Shown here: positions 33,430 through 43,715 of the stretch, one piece after another
How the letters are laid out: the number at the start of each line of letters is the position of its first letter
How positions within the stretch are numbered: the stretch's first letter is position 1
Source of the DNA: Thermodesulfobacteriota bacterium
GTDB taxonomy: Bacteria > Desulfobacterota_D > UBA1144 > Nemesobacterales > JAJCZQ01
Length of the DNA: 64,000 bases
Reading direction: 5' to 3'
Assembly (NCBI GenBank): GCA_965215275.1
Contig: OZ244044.1
Coordinates: forward strand, 1,856,001 to 1,920,000
The notes under the pieces: generated by a model
Databases searched by the model: none
Seen by the model: only the letters and a program-made list of their open reading frames with translations
Told to the model about the DNA's origin: nothing
Program-made: the position numbers and the translations under genes

Positions 33430-34719
33430 ATGAAGATTATATATACAAAATTAAAATCCTTTCCATATATCATTATACTGTTGGTTCTGGAGCTGAGCGT
33501 TGCGGCTGCTGATACCTCTACATATCATGTTACCATCCCGGCTGATAGTGGTACTGGTTCGCTACGAGATGCGCTGTCTAAAAAAGGAGTGATTAGAATA
33601 GTCCTCCTGCCCGAAGTCCGCACTATCAAGATTAAAAAACCTCTTATCTACGATGGTAAAATGCCACTGATTATCGTTGGTTCCGGTCAGACCATTAGTG
33701 GAGAAGGACTCGGGATGAACTTGTTAGAGGTTACAAACGGTGCAGACCTTACCATCTCCGACCTCAGTTTTACTGACGACAGAGGTTATTCAGTCAACAG
33801 GCAAGGTGGTGGTAGTGGTATTAAAGTTAAGGTGCCACCGAATCGGACCGGATCTGTTTCCGTAAGTCTCATCCGGGTCAATGTGACCGGTGTAGGTGAC
33901 CACGGCATCCATGTTCTTGATTGTGACCGTACTGATTGTGGGTCTGGTTCCGATGGCGACGGAAAAGGTTCTCGTGCCTCGATCAGTTTAACCTTGGACG
34001 AAGTCTTTATCAGAAATGTAGGCAACGGTCATTTTGATGCCGATGGTATTCGGGTGGACGAACGAGGTGAAGGTAACATAATATTCAATGCTACTAGTTC
34101 CAGTTTCATTGGCGTTGGCGCCGATGGTATTAAACTGGATGAGGGTGGAAGCGGCAGCGTGAAAATCACTGCAGATAACTTGGTGATGCGTGATAACGGT
34201 AGTTACTGTTCTCCCATTAAGCCTGCAAGACCACCCTATGCGGATGACAGATGCGTTGACAATACTGGAAGACGACCGGTGCTGGATCTGGATGACGGCT
34301 TTGACATTGATGAGGCAGGACCCGGTTCCATAACTGGTAGGATTTCCGACAGTAAGTTGCTCTTGAACTTTGATGAAGGTCTGGATTTTGACGAAGAAGA
34401 TGCCGGAGACGTCGATATCGGACTAATTAACGTCTATGCCTCCCAGAACAAAGATGAAGGCGTGAATATTTCCGAAGAGGATGAGGGTGATATTAAAGTC
34501 AAGTTGCGGGCAGTTCAATCAGTTCGTAATTTTGACGATGGCATACAGATAAAAGAGGAGGATGGTGGCAACCTTGGAGTTATTTTCAATGGTGTTATTA
34601 CCCGGAGCAACAGAAAGTTTGGTGCCAACGTCAAGCAAAGAGGCCCCGGTCGTGGTTACATTGTCGTCAAGCACTCTCAGATAGACAAACTTTACACCAA
34701 AGGCGTTAAGGCTAAATAG
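33430..34719 (+). CDS. Secreted acidic repeat protein (probable parallel beta-helix)
   Basis: Signal peptide, DSGTGSLRDAL, and repeated DG(I/F)xxDExGxG units. Confidence 0.75.
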   Translation: MKIIYTKLKSFPYIIILLVLELSVAAADTSTYHVTIPADSGTGSLRDALSKKGVIRIVLLPEVRTIKIKKPLIYDGKMPLIIVGSGQTISGEGLGMNLLEVTNGADLTISDLSFTDDRGYSVNRQGGGSGIKVKVPPNRTGSVSVSLIRVNVTGVGDHGIHVLDCDRTDCGSGSDGDGKGSRASISLTLDEVFIRNVGNGHFDADGIRVDERGEGNIIFNATSSSFIGVGADGIKLDEGGSGSVKITADNLVMRDNGSYCSPIKPARPPYADDRCVDNTGRRPVLDLDDGFDIDEAGPGSITGRISDSKLLLNFDEGLDFDEEDAGDVDIGLINVYASQNKDEGVNISEEDEGDIKVKLRAVQSVRNFDDGIQIKEEDGGNLGVIFNGVITRSNRKFGANVKQRGPGRGYIVVKHSQIDKLYTKGVKAK

Positions 34720-34772
34720 CACATAAACCGTTGCGTGATTATCAGATGTAATTGTGTATAATTCCCTGTGTT

Positions 34773-36056
34773 ATGCAAGTGGTAAAAGTTACGAAAAGCA
34801 ATTTACGCAGGATTACAGACAGTATAGAAGAAGGATATCTGCAGTTTAACTCTAAACAGGATAATACAACTGAAAAGATCATCAAGGACGTTTTAAGGAA
34901 CGGAGATGATGCTCTTTTTAAATACACGAGAAAATTTGATGGATTTGAAGCTAATAAGAAGAACATCGTTGTCACAGATAAAGAAATAAAAGATGCTCTG
35001 GACTGTATTCCCAAAGAGATCACAGAAAGTCTGAAAATCGCTGCGGAACGGATAGAAAAATACCAAAACAGATTGCTGCCAAAACCCGGTTCCTTTAAAG
35101 ATGAGTTCGGAAATGAGCTTGGTTGGGAGATCAGAACGGTCGATAAGGTTGGTATATATGTTCCTGGTGGCAAAGCCTCTTATCCTTCCACTGTGCTTAT
35201 GGCTGCAATTCCCGCAAAGGTTGCAGGGGTAAATGATATTTCTATTGCCACTCCGTCTCATAATGGGATAATAAATCCTGCAGTTTTGGCAGCTGCTTCG
35301 ATCTGTGGAGTAAATAGAATATACAAGATGGGGGGAGCACAGGCGATCGCATCCCTTGCCTATGGGACTGGATCGGTCAGTAAGGTTGATAAGATAGTTG
35401 GACCCGGAAATGTATATGTAACAATTGCCAAGAAGGACGTTTATGGCACCGTGGGCATTGATACACTTGCTGGACCAAGTGAAGTGTTGATAATTGCCGA
35501 TGGTTCATGTCCGGCATCTTGGGTTGCAGCTGACCTGCTCGCTCAGGCTGAACACGATGAAATGGCAAATCCTACCCTAATAACAACCTCAAGCAGGTAC
35601 GCGGATGAGGTCAAAAAAGAACTATGTGAACAGCTAAGCAAGCTCCAGAGAATAAAGATCGCACAAAAGTCGATTAAGAATAACGGCAGGATATATGTTG
35701 TTAACGGCCTTGATCGTGCAGCGGATATTTCAAACAAGATAGCACCTGAGCATTTGGAGTTGTGCGTGAAAGCACCAAAGAGACTCCTCAAGAAGATAGT
35801 TCACGCTGGAGCGATATTCATAGGGGCGATGTCAACTGAGTCTTTTGGTGATTATATATCTGGACCAAGTCATGTACTTCCCACTGGAGGTGCCGCCAGA
35901 TTTTCCTCCCCGCTCAGCGTTTATGATTTTATAAAAATGCCCAGCGTGATCTGTATGTCCAGGAAAGGATTTAAGGAATTGTCCAATTCAGTGATAAATT
36001 TAGCTTATTCGGAAGGCCTTGAAGCACATGCGTTTTCGGTAAAAGTAAGGCTTTGA
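34773..36056 (+). CDS. hisD: Histidinol dehydrogenase
   Basis: GIYVPGG, GGAQAI, GPGN, AGPSE, QAEHD, APEHL and GPSHVLPT motifs. Confidence 0.98.
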   Translation: MQVVKVTKSNLRRITDSIEEGYLQFNSKQDNTTEKIIKDVLRNGDDALFKYTRKFDGFEANKKNIVVTDKEIKDALDCIPKEITESLKIAAERIEKYQNRLLPKPGSFKDEFGNELGWEIRTVDKVGIYVPGGKASYPSTVLMAAIPAKVAGVNDISIATPSHNGIINPAVLAAASICGVNRIYKMGGAQAIASLAYGTGSVSKVDKIVGPGNVYVTIAKKDVYGTVGIDTLAGPSEVLIIADGSCPASWVAADLLAQAEHDEMANPTLITTSSRYADEVKKELCEQLSKLQRIKIAQKSIKNNGRIYVVNGLDRAADISNKIAPEHLELCVKAPKRLLKKIVHAGAIFIGAMSTESFGDYISGPSHVLPTGGAARFSSPLSVYDFIKMPSVICMSRKGFKELSNSVINLAYSEGLEAHAFSVKVRL

Positions 36057-36074
36057 TTTGTTCTATAAGAAAAA

Positions 36075-37151
36075 ATGTCAGACATTAAAGATAATTACAG
36101 GGAAAGGTTGTGCAGAGGTCTGGAGAACATCGAGTCGTATTCAGCACCGGGGGTTATATGTGAGATCAAGCTGGATGGAAATGAAAGTCCTTTTGAGTTA
36201 AATTCGGAGATCAGGGATGAAATACTTGAAAAAATTCCATCTCTTAATTTAAATCGTTATCCGAGTTCCGGTGCTGTGTCCTTGAAAAAAGCGGTAAGCA
36301 GTCGCTATAACGTTCCGGAAGACAATATATTGTTTGGCAACGGTTCTGACGAGTTGATACAGATACTGATAGAGGTATTTACCGGAAAAAGTTCTACTGT
36401 GCTTGCTCCCCAACCTACCTTTTCAATGTACGCACTTTCAAGTTTGGTACTTGGAAAAAAGATAGTTGAAGTTAACCTGGACCATAATTTTGACATAAAC
36501 CTTGATTTTACGCTGAAATGTATAGAGCAGTATGATCCGGATATTACTTTCTTTTCCACTCCAAACAATCCTACGGGCAATTCTTTCTCAAGAGAGAAAA
36601 TACTTACGGTCCTGAACTCTACAAGCGGACTTATACTGGTTGATGAAGCCTATTTTGATTATCATGGAGAAACTTTTCTGCCTCTACTGAGTAAATTTGA
36701 TAATTTAGTTGTTATGAGAACGATGTCGAAAGTGGGTTTTGCATCAATAAGGCTTGGAATGTTATTTGCCAACGCTCATTTAATTCATGAATTGAACAAG
36801 GCAAGGCTTCCTTATAACGTAAATTCAATAACGCAGCTGGTTGCTGAAGTTGTTATCGATAAATATGAACTACTCGAATCCAGTTTCTCCGAGATAAAAA
36901 TAGAGAGGGACCTTCTATATGAAAGTCTGAAAAGGGTTCCCAATATAGAGGTTTTTCCAAGTGATGCCAATTTTTTATTGATTCGGGTTTCTGATGCCGA
37001 CTTGTATTTCAGCAAGTTGTTGGAAAGAGGTATTTTGGTGAGGAACTTCAATGGGACCCCGTGCCTTGATAACTGTATTAGAGTGACGGTTGGTACCTCT
37101 TTGGAGAATGCAAGGTTCCTGGATGCTTTCTCAGCCATATCGTCTTTTTAA
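36075..37151 (+). CDS. hisC: Histidinol-phosphate aminotransferase
   Basis: NESP, GNGSDE, PNNPTG, VDEAY and RTMSK motifs. Confidence 0.96.
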   Translation: MSDIKDNYRERLCRGLENIESYSAPGVICEIKLDGNESPFELNSEIRDEILEKIPSLNLNRYPSSGAVSLKKAVSSRYNVPEDNILFGNGSDELIQILIEVFTGKSSTVLAPQPTFSMYALSSLVLGKKIVEVNLDHNFDINLDFTLKCIEQYDPDITFFSTPNNPTGNSFSREKILTVLNSTSGLILVDEAYFDYHGETFLPLLSKFDNLVVMRTMSKVGFASIRLGMLFANAHLIHELNKARLPYNVNSITQLVAEVVIDKYELLESSFSEIKIERDLLYESLKRVPNIEVFPSDANFLLIRVSDADLYFSKLLERGILVRNFNGTPCLDNCIRVTVGTSLENARFLDAFSAISSF

Positions 37152-38678
37152 ATGTTTGTGAAATACAAATAATATGAACAAAGTTAAACATAACCAAGGG
37201 AATATATTGCCTACTTTCATATAAATGGTGTCGCTGTAAAGCAGGGCGACATGGTCTGTAAAAATCTCTTTTTTAAATATCTGTGTTTTATTTCTTACTT
37301 TTCCAACCGGAGTTACGACTGCACTTACACCGGTGTTTGTGGCTCTTACCAAGTAGCGGCGATTTTCCACGGCCCGTGGTATTGCAACGAGAAGATGTTC
37401 ATAAGGAGCGAACGACCTTCCAAACCATGCGTCATTTGTCAGATTAATCAAAATATTTGCTCCCTTTAAAGCGAATTTTCTGCTGAACTCCGGGATCAGG
37501 TCTTCATAACATATCAGAGTACCGATTTTTATACCTTTATCTCTGATACTTAAGACGTTTAGATCTGTACCAGGTGAGAGAAACCCTTCTGAGACAGCAC
37601 TCATGTATTTATTCCAGGGAATAAAATTTTCAAACGGTAGATATTCACCAAAGATAAGAAGTTTGTTCTTATCATATCTGTCAAGGACTTTTCCGTTCCA
37701 GTTGGTGAGGAAAGCACTGTTGTACTGTTCGGTTTCGGGACCGTGGACAATACTGTCTTCGTTGTATGAGACCCCTCCGATCAGAAAGTACGTGCCTTCG
37801 ATTTCTGGGATGATTTTTTCAGATCCGGGAAGTTCCAGATACTCAGAATGACGCGGTATTGGTTGCTGCACCGAAGCTTCTGGCCATATTATCAGATCGA
37901 CGTTACCGATCATCTCCGACATTCTTTTATGCTCTCTTATTATCCATCCCGAGTTATCCAGAATTCTTTCAAAAAAGTCAAAATTAGCTTGTACAACCCC
38001 GACGTTGATCTTTTCTGCTTTGGCAACTTTTGAAGTTATCTGATTTATTCTTACCGACCCATATATGATTAAAAAGGCTATAAGGGCTATTGATAAAGAT
38101 GTTGCAATGATGGGCTTTTTGTTTTCTAGGAAGATAGAACTTATTATCAAAAAAGCTGCAAGATTGACAAACACCATTATAAAACTCAGAAAAGAAACAC
38201 CCAGCAGATCGGATATCTGTATGATCTTTAAGTTGTATGCTTGAGTATTACCTAATCCGTAGGGAAAAAGGGACGGATAGAAATACTCAAGAACTGTCCA
38301 TAGAAAACATATAATTAGCAGATTGATAACTTTGGTATTTTGAATTAGCTTGAGTTTGCTTACAAGGCAGGTGAACAACGCATATTGAACCCCGAGGTAC
38401 AGGCAGTATATAAAGATAAGAACAAAGCTGACCCATATTGAAAATCCCCCGAACCTTGTAAGCGTTCCCACAAGCCAGTAGTGTCCTGCAAAACTGGCGA
38501 TGGTACCAAAAACAATGCCAATGCTGAAAGCTCTGCTGGGTTTTATCCTCAATGAGTAAAACAAGGGAACAAGCGAGACCCAAGCTATTAGTGAAAAATG
38601 TTCTGAGAGAAAGGGAAGAACAAATAAAATTCCGGACAGAACCGATAAAAGGTATTCAAATCTTAATAATTGTTTCAT
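37131..38678 (-). CDS. lnt: Apolipoprotein N-acyltransferase
   Basis: Catalytic triad in WPEA, YDK and ICYE; TNDAWF, RATNTG. The ORF extends to 38702. Confidence 0.96.
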   Translation of the reverse strand: MKQLLRFEYLLSVLSGILFVLPFLSEHFSLIAWVSLVPLFYSLRIKPSRAFSIGIVFGTIASFAGHYWLVGTLTRFGGFSIWVSFVLIFIYCLYLGVQYALFTCLVSKLKLIQNTKVINLLIICFLWTVLEYFYPSLFPYGLGNTQAYNLKIIQISDLLGVSFLSFIMVFVNLAAFLIISSIFLENKKPIIATSLSIALIAFLIIYGSVRINQITSKVAKAEKINVGVVQANFDFFERILDNSGWIIREHKRMSEMIGNVDLIIWPEASVQQPIPRHSEYLELPGSEKIIPEIEGTYFLIGGVSYNEDSIVHGPETEQYNSAFLTNWNGKVLDRYDKNKLLIFGEYLPFENFIPWNKYMSAVSEGFLSPGTDLNVLSIRDKGIKIGTLICYEDLIPEFSRKFALKGANILINLTNDAWFGRSFAPYEHLLVAIPRAVENRRYLVRATNTGVSAVVTPVGKVRNKTQIFKKEIFTDHVALLYSDTIYMKVGNIFPWLCLTLFILFVFHKHLKRRYG

Positions 38679-38698
38679 TAAGCATAGACTTCCGAATA

Positions 38699-39445
38699 TC
38701 AACGGCGTCTTAGCTGATAGATCTTAATCACTCCTGTAAGTAATATCAAAACAGCTATAATTTGAGCGATAGACAGATTAGGCACGGGGCTCGGCGTGGT
38801 ATTTCGTATAAATTCTATAAAAAATCTCTCACTGCCGGCCAGTATGAGGTATAGTGAAAAAAGATAACCGGTTTTGAAATCCCGCTTTCTTATCTTCCAC
38901 AGATATAGGAATACAAGTCCTATAATTATCATTTCATATACCTGAGTTGGATGGACCGTTTCTATTGTCGGAGGAAGTCCTTGCGGAAATGACATAGCCC
39001 ATGGAAGGTCTGAGGGTATGCCATAGTCGTCTCCGACCAAAAAGCATCCTGTTCTGCCAATGGCATAAGCAATTGCCAAACCAGGGGCAGCTGCATCTCC
39101 CATAGCCCAGAAGTTCACTTTATGTCTTCGTCCAACTATCCACGCGAGAAGAACAGCTAAAAGCAGTCCTCCATAAAATGTCAGACCTCCTCGTGATAGA
39201 AAATGCTTGAACGGGTCGGCAAGGATTTCCTGCATCGGAACGTTTTCAAAGACATACATCATCTTTGCTCCGATGATTCCACCTGCCATCGCCACTAGAA
39301 AAACGTTATTCAGGGCGTCTTCGGACAGTCTTTTTCTTCTGAATTCCTTCAGACACAACATGTATGCTGTTAAAAAACCAGCAGCGACCATTACTCCGAA
39401 GGATGAAATGACAAAACCGTTTATTGTTAAAAGTTCTGGATACAT
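38699..39445 (-). CDS. lgt: Prolipoprotein diacylglyceryl transferase
   Basis: GGLTFYGG, IGRTGCF, HPTQVYE and RFFIEFIR motifs. Confidence 0.95.
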   Translation of the reverse strand: MYPELLTINGFVISSFGVMVAAGFLTAYMLCLKEFRRKRLSEDALNNVFLVAMAGGIIGAKMMYVFENVPMQEILADPFKHFLSRGGLTFYGGLLLAVLLAWIVGRRHKVNFWAMGDAAAPGLAIAYAIGRTGCFLVGDDYGIPSDLPWAMSFPQGLPPTIETVHPTQVYEMIIIGLVFLYLWKIRKRDFKTGYLFSLYLILAGSERFFIEFIRNTTPSPVPNLSIAQIIAVLILLTGVIKIYQLRRR

Positions 39446-39724
39446 TTTGAGAATTATCCTCCGTTGGTCCTTTGATCCAGTTTGTTTTTCAGTTTGTTAC
39501 TCGAGCGTATGAGTAAAAATATTGATATGAAGGTGACGATACACAGAAAGATTTGAAAGTAGAGATTGGTTATAATGTTCATTAATAGTTTCTTAACGAT
39601 ATTTTAGCTGGAAAAATTAAAATATAACAGTAGAAATAAAATACAACCATGAAAATAAAAACATCCATTTAAATTAGAAGATAATTCTTGCACACTTTTT
39701 TTCAATAGGTAGGCTGGTTTTAAT

Positions 39725-40321
39725 ATGCTTTCAAGTCCGGTGCTTGTGTTAAACAGATTTTTCATGCCTATTTCAGTTACAAGCCTCAAGAGAGCCTTCA
39801 TACTTCTTTATGGCGGTGCTGCAAAGGCCGTGTCAGTGGATTATGAAATATTTGATTTCAATTCATGGTCTGAGGTAGCTGCATCTGCCGAGGATGACTG
39901 TGTCAGGACGGTTTCTCATATTATCAAAGCCCCTAGGGTTATTATACTTATAAGGTATGAAGGAAATCACAGAAAGCAGCCGAAGTTCAACAGGATAAAT
40001 ATATTCAGAAGGGATGGAGGAAATTGTCAGTATTGTGGCAAGTCTTTTCCCAGACAGGATTTGACCCTTGATCATGTTATTCCTAAATCTCAAAATGGAA
40101 GTAGCACTTGGGAGAACATGGTTTGTTGTTGTGCAAAATGTAACAGAAAAAAAGGTGGTAAAACCCCTGCGCAGGCAGGAATGAAACTCCTGAACAAACC
40201 TGTAAAGCCGAGGTGGAACCCTTTTTCAAACGTGTTTGTAAGAGCAGTTCAGTATAAAGAGTGGGAACCTTTTCTGAACTTTGTGGACGTATCTTATTGG
40301 AACGTGGAACTGCAAGATTAG
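39725..40321 (+). CDS. Stand-alone HNH endonuclease
   Basis: RDGGNCQYCG, TLDHVIPKS and WENMVCCCAKCNRKKG motifs. Confidence 0.92.
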   Translation: MLSSPVLVLNRFFMPISVTSLKRAFILLYGGAAKAVSVDYEIFDFNSWSEVAASAEDDCVRTVSHIIKAPRVIILIRYEGNHRKQPKFNRINIFRRDGGNCQYCGKSFPRQDLTLDHVIPKSQNGSSTWENMVCCCAKCNRKKGGKTPAQAGMKLLNKPVKPRWNPFSNVFVRAVQYKEWEPFLNFVDVSYWNVELQD

Positions 40322-40397
40322 CGGATATAGGTATTTATATCTGTCCGTAGTGTGATTATAATCTAGTTATACTAACTATGTTTTAAATAGATTTGTG

Positions 40398-41681
40398 ATG
40401 AAAAAGCTACTGTTAACTTTATTTTTAATGTTGTTCATTTTTATTGGGTACAATTCCTACTCGCAGATACTCCTGCCCGGAGTGTCGTCCCCTACAATTC
40501 AGAAAATATCCGTTGTGATCGCTCCACTTGAGAACCTAGGTATAAAAAGCCCTTACGCGGACAGCTTTGAACAAGTTCTGAAAAACGACCTCGAAAACGC
40601 TGCGTTATTTGACGTCAGGTATGAACCGGTTTCTGACTCAGAAGGAGGAAGTATTGATTTTCAATCTCTTTATGAGAAGGGAATAGATGCCGTCATTGCA
40701 GGCCAATATAAGATAGTTGATAATAAACTGATCTTGTCGCTTAGGGTCTTTGATGTTTGGTGGGAGCGTCCGTTAGATGGAAAGACATATACTGCCAGTC
40801 CTCTAAAGATCAGAGAAGCTGCCCATAGATTTGCAAACGTAGTAATAAAAAGTTTGACGGGAATAGATGGCTTTTTTACCTCCAAGGTGGTTTTTGTTAA
40901 AGGGGATAAGAAGAAAAAAGACCTTTTCATAATGGATTATGATGGATTCAACGTTAAAAAGCTGACTTCCCATCAAGCCAACGTTATGTCACCGGACTGT
41001 TCCCAAGATGGACGCAAACTCATTTTTAATTCAGATAAGGACTGGGACCACGATGTTTATGTCCTGTATCTGCTTCCGAGAAAGTGGGAACAAAAAGAAC
41101 AAAACATTTCCAAGGCTTTTATTCTTGAGCAAAGTGCAGAATGGTCTCCTGACGGTTCACATATTGCCTTTAGCTCCAAAGGAGATATATACGTGTCAGA
41201 TAAAAGGGGCAAAGGTTTAAAAAGGCTGACACGAGGATACAAAATTGACGTTTCACCAACTTGGTCCCCCGATGGAAAATCAATCGCATTTGTGTCAGAC
41301 AGGTCAGGGAGTCCACAGATATATGTTGTTAGTGCTAAAGGAGGCAAATCACGAAAGATTACCTCCTCAGGAAATTATAATACCAGTCCTTCATGGTCAC
41401 CAAATCCGAGAGTGAACAAGATAGCTTACGTTAGTGTAAAAGGCTTACATTCCAATGTATTTACCGTGAATCCCGACGGTAGCGACGTTAAGCAACTTAC
41501 GTTCGGGTCGAAAAAGAACGAAAACCCTTCATGGTCTCCCGACGGATACTTTATTACGTATTCTTCCGATTCAAATGTAAAGGGTAAGGATGGCATTTAT
41601 ATAATGTACTTTACTGGTGAGAATCAGAAAATGCTTACAAAAGATAACGGAAGGCGATTTCCTGTTTGGTGTAAAAGATGA
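40398..41681 (+). CDS. tolB: TolB family protein (PD40 beta-propeller)
   Basis: Signal peptide, AHRFAN...LTGIDGFF, repeated PxWSPDG. Confidence 0.88.
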   Translation: MKKLLLTLFLMLFIFIGYNSYSQILLPGVSSPTIQKISVVIAPLENLGIKSPYADSFEQVLKNDLENAALFDVRYEPVSDSEGGSIDFQSLYEKGIDAVIAGQYKIVDNKLILSLRVFDVWWERPLDGKTYTASPLKIREAAHRFANVVIKSLTGIDGFFTSKVVFVKGDKKKKDLFIMDYDGFNVKKLTSHQANVMSPDCSQDGRKLIFNSDKDWDHDVYVLYLLPRKWEQKEQNISKAFILEQSAEWSPDGSHIAFSSKGDIYVSDKRGKGLKRLTRGYKIDVSPTWSPDGKSIAFVSDRSGSPQIYVVSAKGGKSRKITSSGNYNTSPSWSPNPRVNKIAYVSVKGLHSNVFTVNPDGSDVKQLTFGSKKNENPSWSPDGYFITYSSDSNVKGKDGIYIMYFTGENQKMLTKDNGRRFPVWCKR

Positions 41682-41940
41682 AACTAACATTTTAAGTAAG
41701 GATTTCATTAGAGTATTTTTGCGGTTTTGCTACAGTAGGCAGCTAAGAAAAAGATTGCGGGATATATTAGATATCTGAAAAAATGGTAGAGAGGGTCAAG
41801 TGGAAAAAAGAGAGAAATATACTTAATACTCAAGTTTATGAGGCTTTTTGAAAGCGATATGATTCCGAACCAAAAAATCTCCTCTTTCTACCTTTTACTA
41901 TCGACCCGTGTTTTTCAAACAAATCAGGAAGTATATTTTT

Positions 41941-41965
41941 GGGGATTATACGGAAAACTTGACAA
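41941..41965 (+). mobile_element. Orphan IS1595-type terminal repeat
   Basis: GGGGATTATACGGAAAACTTGACAA resembles the MITE-1 ends. Confidence 0.6.
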
Positions 41966-42057
41966 GGTAAATAATTGCCTATTTTTAGATTTTGCAATAT
42001 GAAATATAGACTTAAACTTGCTGTCACTTGTATTAAAATTCTTCTTATAAAAATTTA

Positions 42058-42472
42058 GGGAATTATATAGGAAAGTTGACAAAATTCCATAACTCACTTT
42101 AATCATTAACTTCTTTTATAAAAGGATTTACTTTAGAATCTACTACTAATTTAAACCTTTTTTCAGTTCTTCTTTAATTGGTTTTTTAGGTTGTTTATGC
42201 GGGATCGACCCCATTTGTAAGAACATCTATTGCTTGTTGTTTTTCTTTTTTGCTTTTAATTTTTTCATTATAAAACGAATAACTACTATATATAATTAAG
42301 ACTCCTCCATACTATGTTATCACTACTTAATTCTTCAAAGGTAATAGTTTTTCTTACCATACTGTAAAAAGAGCATCCGACCGGTCTTGTGTTTCTGTTT
42401 TAACAATCATCATGAAAACCTATCTATATACTTCTCAAATTGCTATTTTGTCAATTTTCCTATATAGTTCCC
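42058..42472 (-). mobile_element. MITE-1a: internally deleted IS1595 derivative
   Basis: 28-bp TIRs GGGAAYTATATAGGAAARTTGACAAAAT; interior keeps a decayed transposase C-terminus; paralogous to 44512-44957. Confidence 0.85.
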
Positions 42473-42473
42473 C

Positions 42474-42521
42474 TTATTGAACGTCTGCAAAGATCCAGTT
42501 GAAGTTCTGAGGTATGAATGA
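42474..42521 (+). pseudogene. 3' stub of a lolC/lolE-type permease gene
   Basis: Reads ...KDPVEVLRYE*, the typical LolC/E C-terminus, with a TGATG overlap into lolD. Confidence 0.7.
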
Positions 42522-43201
42522 TGAAAAACGTATTTGAGGTCGATGGTATTTACAAGACCTTTTCAAATAAGAAAAATAAAGTCGAAGTTTTAAAGGGAAT
42601 AACCCTTAATATACGCGATGGTGAAACGTTCGGTATACAGGGAGTATCAGGGGCCGGCAAGAGCACTTTACTGCATATACTGGGAACTTTAGAGAAACCA
42701 ACGGAGGGCAGGGTTCTGTTCGATGGGGTAGACGTCTTTAAGCATGATGACAAAGACCTGTCACGTATCAGGAACGAGAAGATAGGGTTCGTATTTTTGT
42801 ACCCCTATCTTCTTCCGGACCTAAATGCCTTGGAAAATGTTATGTTACACTGTTTGGCGAACGGAATGGAAAATAAAACAGCAAAGGAAAGGGCCTTGGC
42901 CATGTTGGAAAGGGTCGGTTTAGCAAATAAATCAAGCCATAAGCCAAGTGAACTGTCAGGTGGTGAACAGCAAAGAGTTGTAATTGCAAGGTCTGTTGTT
43001 TTAGGTCAAAAAGTAGTGCTTGCAGATGAACCGGTAGGTAACCTGGACTATAAAACAAAGATGAGTATAGTCGACCTCTTTTTAGGATTGAACGAGGAAA
43101 AAGGCATTACGTTCGTGATAATTACCTATAGCTCCAGGATATTTGACAGACTGAGCAGAAGGGCAATACTGTCGGATGGGAAAATAGTCGATGTTAACTA
43201 A
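42521..43201 (+). CDS. lolD: LolD-type ABC ATPase with degenerate Q- and H-loops
   Basis: GVSGAGKST, LSGGEQQRV and LADEP are present, but FVFL replaces FVFQ and ITYS replaces VTH. Confidence 0.85.
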   Translation: MKNVFEVDGIYKTFSNKKNKVEVLKGITLNIRDGETFGIQGVSGAGKSTLLHILGTLEKPTEGRVLFDGVDVFKHDDKDLSRIRNEKIGFVFLYPYLLPDLNALENVMLHCLANGMENKTAKERALAMLERVGLANKSSHKPSELSGGEQQRVVIARSVVLGQKVVLADEPVGNLDYKTKMSIVDLFLGLNEEKGITFVIITYSSRIFDRLSRRAILSDGKIVDVN

Positions 43202-43256
43202 AATTTATAGTGTTATTAAGTTCTTTCTCGCTTTTGTCACTAAAGCATATAATTCC

Positions 43257-43715
43257 TTTCGGATCAGGGGAACGACTGAGAGAATTAGAACAATATATTG
43301 CTAAAGCAAAAGAACAATACAAGGAAGCGACCCATGACTTTTACGGTTATATGAGGAAGCAATTGCAGACTTCGATAAAGTAGTAGAGATCGACCCGCAA
43401 GATATAAACTACTGTTACAGATGGATAGCAAATTCGGACAAGAGAAATAACTGAGAGAGATAGAACAAGATAAAGCCGCTGCAGGTTTAGAGCGTGCCGG
43501 CAGATTGCGGAAAAAAAGATATTTCGAAGAAGTTCGCTTAGTGTATACAGAAAATACTTTATGAACTCCTTAGCAGAGGTAACTGGCTGATCGGAGTATT
43601 AAATCCCGATCTTTTAGTTATGGTAAAAGAGTTCAAATTTTTTCAGACGATATAAACCTTCTGCAATTTGTACTGTATAATAGTCAGTAAAGGATACAAC
43701 TTTCAGATAATAAAC
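43257..43715 (+). pseudogene. 3' relic of a TPR paralogue plus the conserved TPR intergenic spacer
   Basis: Encodes ...EQYKEATHDFYGYMRKQLQTSIK*; the spacer matches the reverse complement of 57527-57865 and 56073-56317. Confidence 0.8.

Noticed and set aside
34753..34766. TATAATTCCC upstream of hisD as another IS1595 end
   Set aside because: Only about 10 bp match, with no subterminal similarity; equally explained as a -10 box.
39725..40321. HNH gene as part of a defence system or an IscB/Cas9-like nuclease
   Set aside because: Short stand-alone HNH with no RuvC motifs, partner genes or array.
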